From Gemmata palustris (GTDB lineage: Bacteria > Planctomycetota > Planctomycetia > Gemmatales > Gemmataceae): a stretch of 64,000 nt of DNA. This document shows positions 56,641 through 64,000 of this stretch, piece after piece (position 1 is the first letter of the stretch; each line of letters begins with the position of its first letter). The notes under the pieces are model-generated. The model ran no database searches. It was not told where the DNA came from and saw only the letters and a list, made by a program, of their open reading frames with translations. The DNA is taken from positions 6,089,299 to 6,153,298 of the forward strand of contig NZ_JAGKQQ010000001.1 in the NCBI RefSeq assembly GCF_017939745.1, given 5' to 3'. The translations under genes were made by a program, and so were the position numbers.

Positions 56641-57531
56641 TTGCCCATGTCACGTTTCGACGTGTCGCAGGCCGCGCCACACGAACTGTTGCCCGCGTGC
56701 CGGCTGTTGTTCGCCCGATCTGGTGCCGCAGACCGCGATCAGTTCGTGGAGCGCTGTCACGACCGGCTCCTTTCGGACGGCGAAGCGTCGCGCATTTTTG
56801 TCGCACGAGAAAGCGGGCGACTACGGGCGGCGGCCCTCGTTCAAACGCTACCGGGAGCACTCGGAATCGCGTTACCACCGCGCGGTCATTCCCGACAATT
56901 CGAGGACGCAGTTACGGCCGCCGCGTGCGCGTGGCTCCGCGAACGCGGCGTGAAGGTTTGCCAGGCGTTTGCCGCCCAGAACGAACGCGACGAAATGGCC
57001 CCACTCGAGCGCCACGGTTTCAAACACACCACGCAGTTGGTGTTCTTGCGGCACTCGGGCACCCGAACAAAAAGCTCGGCGCAACCAACCCCTCGGTTAA
57101 CGTTCGCGTTCAGTGCGCCCCCGCTCGTCGATCACATGGAAGACACGCTCCTCGCCACACACATAGACAGCCTCGACTGCCCCGAGCTGAACCGCCCGCG
57201 AACCGCCGCCGAGATCATGCGGGGCTTCGCCGAGACCCCTCATTCCGAATGGTATCTCGCGACGCGGGGCGACGAGCACGTCGGCTTGGCGATCATCGAA
57301 CCGGGCGCGGAGGGGGCGATTGATTTGACGTACCTGGGCATCGAACCCACGAAGCGCGGGCGCGGATTCGGTTCGGAATTATTGAACTTTGTTATCACCT
57401 CGGTTGCGTACTCCGGCCCGCTGAACGTATCCGTCGATGCCCGGAACGCACCGGCCATGCGCCTCTACGCACGGCACGGGTTCGCCGAGTACGATCGGCG
57501 CGAGGTTTGGCTCGCGTCGTGGAGCATCTAA
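56641..57531 (+). CDS. GNAT-family N-acetyltransferase (two-lobed)
   Basis: C-terminal acetyl-CoA motif IEPTKRGRGFGSELL…ARNAPAMRLYARHGF. Confidence 0.7.
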   Translation: MPMSRFDVSQAAPHELLPACRLLFARSGAADRDQFVERCHDRLLSDGEASRIFVARESGRLRAAALVQTLPGALGIALPPRGHSRQFEDAVTAAACAWLRERGVKVCQAFAAQNERDEMAPLERHGFKHTTQLVFLRHSGTRTKSSAQPTPRLTFAFSAPPLVDHMEDTLLATHIDSLDCPELNRPRTAAEIMRGFAETPHSEWYLATRGDEHVGLAIIEPGAEGAIDLTYLGIEPTKRGRGFGSELLNFVITSVAYSGPLNVSVDARNAPAMRLYARHGFAEYDRREVWLASWSI

Positions 57532-57764
57532 CTTCACTCTGATTTCGTTCAAGTACACCTTCGCGCTTTCAACTGGGGCACTTGCGCCAAACGGCGCCAT
57601 ATTGCGCCTTCTGGCGCGATTACTGCGCGCATACCCGGCGCGCGTGACTCTGCCGGCCGCGCCAAGCCCCGTTCCCGGATACCGCCACTTACCGACCTTC
57701 CTGCGCGTAGGCGCGGGGCTCGGGGCGCAGATATTGAAAGGAACTCAGAATCGCACCGGGGAGT

Positions 57765-59372
57765 TTGTCTGTGCCACCCCGACTCGCTACTCGTGCTCTC
57801 GCATACCAGGACACGCCGGTTTCGGCCGCCCCCGTGCGGACGGGACCGTCCGTGCAAGCCCTGGCCGACGCGGTCTCGTCCCGCGTCGGGGCCGCGCGCT
57901 TCAACCTCTGGTTCCAGGGGAACGCGACGTTCGTCCCGCTCGGCGGCCGGATCGTCGTCGCGACCCGGAACCAGCACATGCAGGAGTGGCTCGAGCACAC
58001 ATTCGGCACGGCCGTGAAAGCGGCGGTCGCCGAAGTCTACGGCGCGGACACGACTCTGCGGTGGGCTGTGGACAACCTCCCCCTCGAAGAAACGCGGAGC
58101 GAGGAAAACGGAGCGCGGAGCGAAGACAAGAAGAGCGAGAACCGGGATCGTGGGGCCGCGCGGAGCGAAGACAAGAAAGCCGCGGATTCTGCTTCCAAAT
58201 CTGCCCTCCGCGCTCCGCACCCCGCGATTCCCCAAGTCGACTTGTTCGGCGACCCGGTCTCGCAACCGAAGCCGAAGGTCAAGCGCCCCGATCCGGAAGC
58301 GGAAGCCCTCGCTCGGCCGATCTCGTCGCAGCGCACCGGGCGCCGGTGGAAGTCGCTCGCGGACTTCGTCAGCGGCCCGTGTAACCGCGTCGCGCACGCT
58401 TCAGCGCTCAGCGTGATCGAAGAACCGGGGCAGGGGGCGAACCCGCTCGTGGTTCACGGCCCGGTCGGGACCGGTAAGACGCACCTCCTCGAAGGCATCT
58501 ACGCGGGGATGAAGCGGCAGAGCGATCAGCGCCCGTGCTACGTAACCGCGGAAGAGTTCACCACGCGGTTCGTGCAGGCGTCGCGGCTCGGCAAGATGTC
58601 CGCGTTCCGGCGCCAGTTCCGCGAGTGCAGCACGCTGCTCCTCGACGATCTGCACTTCCTCGCGACCAAGAAGGCCACGCAGGAAGAGTTCCTCCACACG
58701 TTCGATGCGCTCGTGGCCGATGGTCGGCAGGTCGTGGTGACAATGGATTGCCACCCGCGCCTGGCCGACGAACTGATGCCGGAGTTGCTCGACCGGCTCC
58801 TCGGCGGCGCGGTGTGGGGCCTGATGCCCCCGGACCCGGAGACGCGGCTCGAAATCCTCCGCAAGAAGTCGTGCGGCCCCGGGCCGATGATTCCCGACGC
58901 CGTGCTGAAGGCGCTCGCGAACACGCTCCGCGGGAACGTGCGGGAACTCGAGGGCGCGGTGAACAGCGTGCGCCACTATGCGAAGGTGACCGGGCGCCCG
59001 GCAGACATGGCGACGGCCCGTGAAGCGCTCGGCGACCTGCTCCGGCACGCGGTGCGGGTGGTTACCGTTGCGGACGTGGACGCGGCCGTGTGTACGACGC
59101 TCCGGCTCGCCGCGGGTACGCTGCAATCAAAGGCCCGCACCTGGGCCGTCAGTCACCCGCGCATGATCGCGATTTACCTGTCCCGCAAGCACACGGCCGC
59201 GACCTATGGCGAAGTGAGCAAGCACTTCGGCGCGAAGACGCACAGCACGGCGGTGGCGGCGGAGAAGAAGGTGCGGGCCTGGCTCGACAAGAACGCGAGC
59301 GTGGCCATCGGCGACCGCGAATGGTCGGTGAAGGAACTGGTCGACCGCATCGAGCGCGAACTGCAGCGCTGA
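57765..59372 (+). CDS. dnaA: chromosomal replication initiator protein DnaA
   Basis: Domain I (FNLWFQG…). Low-complexity linker with ARSEDKK repeats. AAA+ domain III (GPVGTGKTHLL, LLLDDLHFL). Domain IV DNA-binding (HPRMIAIYLSRKHT…FGAKTHSTAVAA). Confidence 0.9.
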   Translation: MSVPPRLATRALAYQDTPVSAAPVRTGPSVQALADAVSSRVGAARFNLWFQGNATFVPLGGRIVVATRNQHMQEWLEHTFGTAVKAAVAEVYGADTTLRWAVDNLPLEETRSEENGARSEDKKSENRDRGAARSEDKKAADSASKSALRAPHPAIPQVDLFGDPVSQPKPKVKRPDPEAEALARPISSQRTGRRWKSLADFVSGPCNRVAHASALSVIEEPGQGANPLVVHGPVGTGKTHLLEGIYAGMKRQSDQRPCYVTAEEFTTRFVQASRLGKMSAFRRQFRECSTLLLDDLHFLATKKATQEEFLHTFDALVADGRQVVVTMDCHPRLADELMPELLDRLLGGAVWGLMPPDPETRLEILRKKSCGPGPMIPDAVLKALANTLRGNVRELEGAVNSVRHYAKVTGRPADMATAREALGDLLRHAVRVVTVADVDAAVCTTLRLAAGTLQSKARTWAVSHPRMIAIYLSRKHTAATYGEVSKHFGAKTHSTAVAAEKKVRAWLDKNASVAIGDREWSVKELVDRIERELQR

Positions 59373-59380
59373 GCGGCCCG

Positions 59381-61795
59381 CTACTTTTTCTCCCATCGCC
59401 CGATCGCGCGCTTTGCTTCCTGAGTGCGGAACGCTCCCGCGTGACCGGCGGCCAACTCCTTCAACAGCGTGCGCGAACTGTCAGTGCCAAGCGCTTCGAG
59501 TAACTCGATCGCGCGGCAATCGGTGACCTTGCTCTCATCGGTTTCGCGCTCCCCCCTTGCGGCCGGTTTGAGGCGCATCCTCACGATCTTAACCGCCGCC
59601 TCCGGTTCGCGGGCGAGGCGCGCCATCGCGAGGTACGCATCTTTTGCGTTGGGGGCTGTGAGCGTGTCCCATAACTTCGCTGCGCTCGTTTCTTTCTTGA
59701 GCGCGTCCGGCAACGGCACGGACTGGAGCCGCACGTCCCACACGAGAACGGTGTGATCCCCGCCCGCGGTGAGGAGCTTCGTCCCGTCGGGGGTGAACCC
59801 GAGTACGCGAACTTCGCCGCGGTGTCCCTGCAACGTGCGGCGAAGTTCGCTAGTGACGGTTTCGCTCAAATGAAGGACGTCCGGCTCATCCAGGTTCCAT
59901 AACCAGGCGTATTGACCGGTACTTGGTGCCAGCGCGACACCGCGCGGATCGCCTTGGCTCCCGTCATACTCGTCCCGAACAGTATGTACCTCCGACATTA
60001 GCCGGCCGGTTCCGGCTTCCAGGGTGCGCAACCCCTTGAGGGACCGATCGATTAATAACCGCGGGTTCGGGCGCAGTGAGAGCAACGTGAGGGGTCGGTT
60101 GGGGGCGTCCTTCCATGCGGTAGTTAGCTCCTTGCCAGTTTTCGCGTCCCAGCACTGCGGCGAACAGCCGTCCGCAAATACTGCAGCGCCGTCGAATGTG
60201 AACCCGGGCGTACCCTCACTTAATAGCCCTTCCAAGGCAAACCGCTTCTTGCCACTCGGCCAGTCCCATACTGTGAGGTATTTCGGGTTCCCGGTCCATG
60301 TCAGCGCTGCTTTGCCGTCGGGAGCGAACACGACGAAGTGCGGTTCTAGTTCCGCCATGCCGCCGGGCAGCGGCACTTCCAAACTGGCGAGCAAATCGCG
60401 CGCGACCAAGTGGGTTTTCGTGCTGTAAAGCACCGTCGTCCCGTCCGGCGTAAACGTCGGTCGGTTGAGGTAACGGTTCGTATCGAATAGTCCCGGTGCG
60501 CCGGCAAACGCGCGCAGTTCCTTTCCTGTCGCAACGTCCCACAGCCGCACGGTTTCGTCTTCGGCCCACGTCAGAAGGCGTTTGCCATCGGGCGACAGTT
60601 CCGCGTGCTCGACCGGCGCCCGGTGCCCGGTTACTTCTTCAAAGGGGCGCAGTGTATTCGCGCCCCACAGCCGGACCAACCCGTAACAATCCGCGGTCGC
60701 AATCGTGGCGCCATCGGCCGACACCGCAACCGCGCGCGGCGCATCGGCGTGCCCTTCGAGCCGGCCGAGTTCCTTCCCGGTTTTCAGGTCGATGACGAAC
60801 GTCTGGCGGTCGATGGCGACGAACACCTCGCACCCGCTCGGAGCGAACACGAACGCGCCCCTGTCGTCCGGCCCGCCGTCAAGTTGAGCTGCCGTGTACC
60901 GCCACCGGGTCAGCGCGCGGCGCTTGCCGGTCGCAAAATCGAACAGATCGAAGCCCCATTCTTCTTGTTCAGCCGTATACACGACGATCGCGCTGGCGTC
61001 GGGCGCGAGCATGAGGCGATTTGCGCCCGGCGCTCGTACCGGCTTCCCCGGCCTGCCCGTGGCCACGTCCCACACGGTCGCGGTGCATTCCCGGGTACCG
61101 GGGTTCGCAAGCGCGCGGAACGTGACGATCTTCTTGCCGTCCGCAGAGAGGTGTACCGCGTCGGCTCCTTCTGCACCGAGATCGATCGCGCCAATTCGTG
61201 TGAGTTTGGCTGCAGTGGGCGCCGATTTCAGTTCAAACACGTGAACCGCGTGCCGCCCGTCTGCGGACTTCCACCGCGCCGCACCCCGCGTGCCGTCGGC
61301 GCTGAACTCGAAGTCGGTGTACTCGGGGCCGTGTTTCGGACGCACCACGTTGAGCCAATCACCCAATTCAAAATAAGGAGTGACCGATATTACGGGCGGC
61401 GGAACAATTTTCGGATCAGTGAAGTCCCACACGCGGAAATCGTCCGGGAACAGCTCGCCGGTCCCATTTTTCGGCCCCGGTTCGGCGCGGCACACAACAG
61501 CGAACGCGCCGCCTTTTCCCCACACCAACCCCCGGAACAATTCGCTGTTCACTTTCTGTTCGCGGATCGGCTTTCCGGTGCTCGCGTCCCACGTTGTCAC
61601 TGCCAGTAACCCGATTCCGGCCTCTCTCACCGTAACAAACTGCTTACCATCGGGCGAAAGGGCGAGGTGCGTAACCACCCCACCGGCGCGGAAGCGGTCG
61701 TCGCCCAGGCGCGCGACGGCGCCCGGCGGCAGGTCGGCCGCGGACGCGATTTGTGCGAGAAACAGCAGAGCGATCGACAGCGCGGCACGCGACAT
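59381..61795 (-). CDS. secreted WD40/beta-propeller repeat protein with C-terminal helical domain
   Basis: Signal peptide. Multiple WD-like repeats (GHRAPVEHAELSPDGKRLLTWAEDETVRLWDV; GHRGEVRVLGFTPDGTKLLTAGGDHTVLVWDV). Confidence 0.75.
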   Translation of the reverse strand: MSRAALSIALLFLAQIASAADLPPGAVARLGDDRFRAGGVVTHLALSPDGKQFVTVREAGIGLLAVTTWDASTGKPIREQKVNSELFRGLVWGKGGAFAVVCRAEPGPKNGTGELFPDDFRVWDFTDPKIVPPPVISVTPYFELGDWLNVVRPKHGPEYTDFEFSADGTRGAARWKSADGRHAVHVFELKSAPTAAKLTRIGAIDLGAEGADAVHLSADGKKIVTFRALANPGTRECTATVWDVATGRPGKPVRAPGANRLMLAPDASAIVVYTAEQEEWGFDLFDFATGKRRALTRWRYTAAQLDGGPDDRGAFVFAPSGCEVFVAIDRQTFVIDLKTGKELGRLEGHADAPRAVAVSADGATIATADCYGLVRLWGANTLRPFEEVTGHRAPVEHAELSPDGKRLLTWAEDETVRLWDVATGKELRAFAGAPGLFDTNRYLNRPTFTPDGTTVLYSTKTHLVARDLLASLEVPLPGGMAELEPHFVVFAPDGKAALTWTGNPKYLTVWDWPSGKKRFALEGLLSEGTPGFTFDGAAVFADGCSPQCWDAKTGKELTTAWKDAPNRPLTLLSLRPNPRLLIDRSLKGLRTLEAGTGRLMSEVHTVRDEYDGSQGDPRGVALAPSTGQYAWLWNLDEPDVLHLSETVTSELRRTLQGHRGEVRVLGFTPDGTKLLTAGGDHTVLVWDVRLQSVPLPDALKKETSAAKLWDTLTAPNAKDAYLAMARLAREPEAAVKIVRMRLKPAARGERETDESKVTDCRAIELLEALGTDSSRTLLKELAAGHAGAFRTQEAKRAIGRWEKK

Positions 61796-62015
61796 CGGGA
61801 ACCCTCCGGCCGCATGGTAGCCGAACGACGCAGTTCGCCGCGAGACGAACCTGTTACCGGTGGAATGTGCTGTGGGTGCCGCACGTTGGCGAGTCCGGCA
61901 CTAGTTCTGCTTTACCCCATTTCGGCCGCAGTCCGCCGGCCCCTTGCGGCGCGTGTTGTGCGTCGGTATCCCAACCCCGACCGACCGCCCATCACGCATC
62001 ACAACGGAGGCGCGC

Positions 62016-62951
62016 GTGCGCACGCTCATCACCGGCGGAGCCGGGTTCATCGGGTCTCACCTGTGCGAACGGTTCCTCGCCGAGGGGCACGAAGTCATCG
62101 CCGTGGACAACATGATTACCGGCGACCTCGCGAACCTCGACCCGTTCCGCACGAACCCGCGGTTCCGGTTCATCGGGCACGACATCTCCGCGCCGCTGAA
62201 AGTGAAGCAGAAGCTCGATAACGTTCTGCACTTCGCCAGCCCCGCCAGCCCGGTCGATTACCTCGAGCACCCGATCCCGACGCTGAAGGTCGGCTCGCTG
62301 GGCACGCACAACACGCTCGGTCTCGCCAAGACGCACGGCGCGCGCTACCTGCTCGCCAGCACCAGCGAGGTGTACGGCGACCCGCTCGAGCACCCGCAGA
62401 AGGAGAGCTATTGGGGCAACGTGAACCCGATCGGCGTGCGCGGGTGCTACGACGAAGCGAAGCGGTTCGCCGAATCCATCACGATGGCCTACCACCGCGC
62501 CCACGGCGTGAACACGCACATCATTCGCATCTTCAACACGTATGGCGAGCGCATGCGGCTCAACGACGGGCGCGTGCTGCCGAACTTCATGTACCAGGCG
62601 CTGATGGGCGAGCCGATCACCGTGTACGGCGCCGGGGGACAGACGCGGAGCTTTCAGTACGTGTCCGACTTGGTCGAGGGGATCTGGCGGTTGCTGTTCA
62701 CGGACTTCCACGACCCGGTGAACCTCGGCAACCCGGCCGAAATCACCATTTTGGAGTTCGCAGAGGAGATTCGGAAGCTCGCGGGCAGCAAGAGCGAAAT
62801 TGTGTTCAAACCGCTGCCACAGGACGACCCGAAGGTGCGTCAGCCGGACATCACCCGCGCGCGGCATCTTCTGGGCTGGGAACCGAAGGTCGGCCGCGAC
62901 GAGGGGTTGAAGCGGACGATGGACTTCTTCCGCAACAAGTTGGGGAAGTGA
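62016..62951 (+). CDS. UDP-glucuronate decarboxylase (UDP-xylose synthase-like extended SDR)
   Basis: GTG 62016 with GGAGG 5 nt upstream. [10 protein letters not shown] motif. [36 protein letters not shown] is a UXS-type signature. Confidence 0.8.
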   Translation: MRTLITGGAGFIGSHLCERFLAEGHEVIAVDNMITGDLANLDPFRTNPRFRFIGHDISAPLKVKQKLDNVLHFASPASPVDYLEHPIPTLKVGSLGTHNTLGLAKTHGARYLLASTSEVYGDPLEHPQKESYWGNVNPIGVRGCYDEAKRFAESITMAYHRAHGVNTHIIRIFNTYGERMRLNDGRVLPNFMYQALMGEPITVYGAGGQTRSFQYVSDLVEGIWRLLFTDFHDPVNLGNPAEITILEFAEEIRKLAGSKSEIVFKPLPQDDPKVRQPDITRARHLLGWEPKVGRDEGLKRTMDFFRNKLGK

Positions 62952-62957
62952 GTCTTC

Positions 62958-63395
62958 TCACCGGAGCCGCAGGAACTTGTTCATGCGGCGCTCCAGGCGC
63001 TCCCAGACCGCGCCCGTGGGCGTGCTCACGGCCGGGAGCCGTTCGGGAAAGTGCGTGAGTTTACCGTCCGGGTTCACCTGGGCGAAGCCGAAGAGCGCTT
63101 CCGCCCACGGGCCGTTATCGTCCCACGGGGCGCCCACCAGTCCGCACACCAAATAGGCTGCCGTTCGGTGCAGTACGGCACCCTGGATCTCCACCACGAT
63201 GCCCACCGGCACCGGGCGCAGGCACTCCATGTTCAGCACGCGCCGCAGCACGAGGTTCGCTTCCGGGCCAATGTGCTTCCACGCGGTCGCGTAGCCCGCT
63301 TCGAGCACGAGCCGGAGCATCGCGCCCGCGTACAGCGTGCCGTGGTGGTTCGCGTCGGCGGGGAGAACGAGTTTGTGGCTGTGTGTGATGGCCAT
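62958..63395 (-). CDS. hotdog-fold acyl-CoA thioesterase (YciA-like)
   Basis: MAITHSHKLVLPADANHHGTLYAGAMLRLVLEAG… from the internal Met 63395. Confidence 0.7.
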   Translation of the reverse strand: MAITHSHKLVLPADANHHGTLYAGAMLRLVLEAGYATAWKHIGPEANLVLRRVLNMECLRPVPVGIVVEIQGAVLHRTAAYLVCGLVGAPWDDNGPWAEALFGFAQVNPDGKLTHFPERLPAVSTPTGAVWERLERRMNKFLRLR

Positions 63396-64000
63396 GACGG
63401 GCAATCGGTTGACCGGCTCGGGTCCGGTGGAATCGCCTACTCGATGAACGGGTTCACCACTGCGCCGCGGTTCGCGGACCGCGCCAGTGGTAACTGCGGG
63501 TCCACCCGACCGTGCTACTTCTGCCCGAACGAGTGCCACCCCGTGAACGACCGGTTCGGTTTCCACTGTCGCTCCCTCGTACCCATCGACGTGACACAAA
63601 ACAGCGGTTCACCTTCGAGCGGCGGAAGTTCGACACGCGAAGCGGACCCGGCAATTGTTCGCAGCGCGCTCACGGGCAGTTTCAACCGTGCCGCACGTGA
63701 CGGAGCGAGTGGAACGTTCAATTCCCACGCGGCGGATACCGCACTGCGTTCGGAGGCGATGCAACGGAACCGGTCAACACCGGCGCCACCGGGCACACAA
63801 ATCGTACACACCGTCCGCGCGTATCTTTCACCCGGCAGCGCCCTTTTACCGACGCGCCGGCGGCGAAACAAGGGCACCTGCGCAACGGATTTCCGGTTCC
63901 CAGGAGGGCGTACCCGCTCTCCTGGGAACCGTTCTTCGCGTCGAAAGAAGAATGCGGGCACGGCGCCCGCGGTTCCAAGAAATGTCGCACGGTCAGTTGT

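Noticed and set aside
57532-57764. Search for DnaA boxes (TTATCCACA/TGTGGATAA) upstream of dnaA, to call oriC.
   Set aside because: No 9-mer within one mismatch of the consensus was found by eye in this interval or in the 18.5-kb AT-richer region (cagataacg is at best a weak partial match). oriC is therefore not called.
63515-63961. 148-aa minus-strand ORF at the window edge.
   Set aside because: Arg-rich low-complexity translation with no motif or RBS. The region may belong to a gene extending beyond the window on either strand, so it was left uncalled.

Overview
High-GC (~65-70%) bacterial chromosomal segment whose gene content and protein architecture look Planctomycete-like. Identifiable conserved genes: dnaA, ligA, ndk, rimO, thyX, a UDP-glucuronate decarboxylase, an AlkB-like dioxygenase, an LplA/LipB-family protein, an nfeD-flotillin operon, a MATE efflux pump, a PfkB sugar kinase, a tandem FKBP protein, a MerR/TipAS regulator, SDR enzymes, an S9 peptidase and tRNA-Ser(GGA). 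Surface and signalling genes include a 2,327-aa PATR/FG-GAP giant surface protein, a Ser/Thr kinase with Sel1 repeats, a 974-aa kinase-like protein, a WD40 protein, an MCE-OmpA protein and a vWA protein. Accessory content: a ParE-like TA pair, a VapBC pair whose vapC carries an in-frame TGA, a Uma2 endonuclease and a retropepsin-like protease. Features no ORF track explains: (i) a 351-bp element with perfect 48-bp terminal inverted repeats and nested internal repeats at 30782-31132; (ii) a ~230-nt purine/pyrimidine-asymmetric imperfect palindrome at 18546-18776 next to an unlisted 36-aa basic ORF; (iii) a markedly low-GC, translationally coupled three-gene operon of unknown function at 53866-55726, the best candidate here for a horizontally acquired, undescribed system; (iv) a second lower-GC patch upstream of the tRNA; (v) two paralogous HExxH…EYxAE secreted proteins. 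All functional calls come from reading motifs in the supplied translations; no database search was run.
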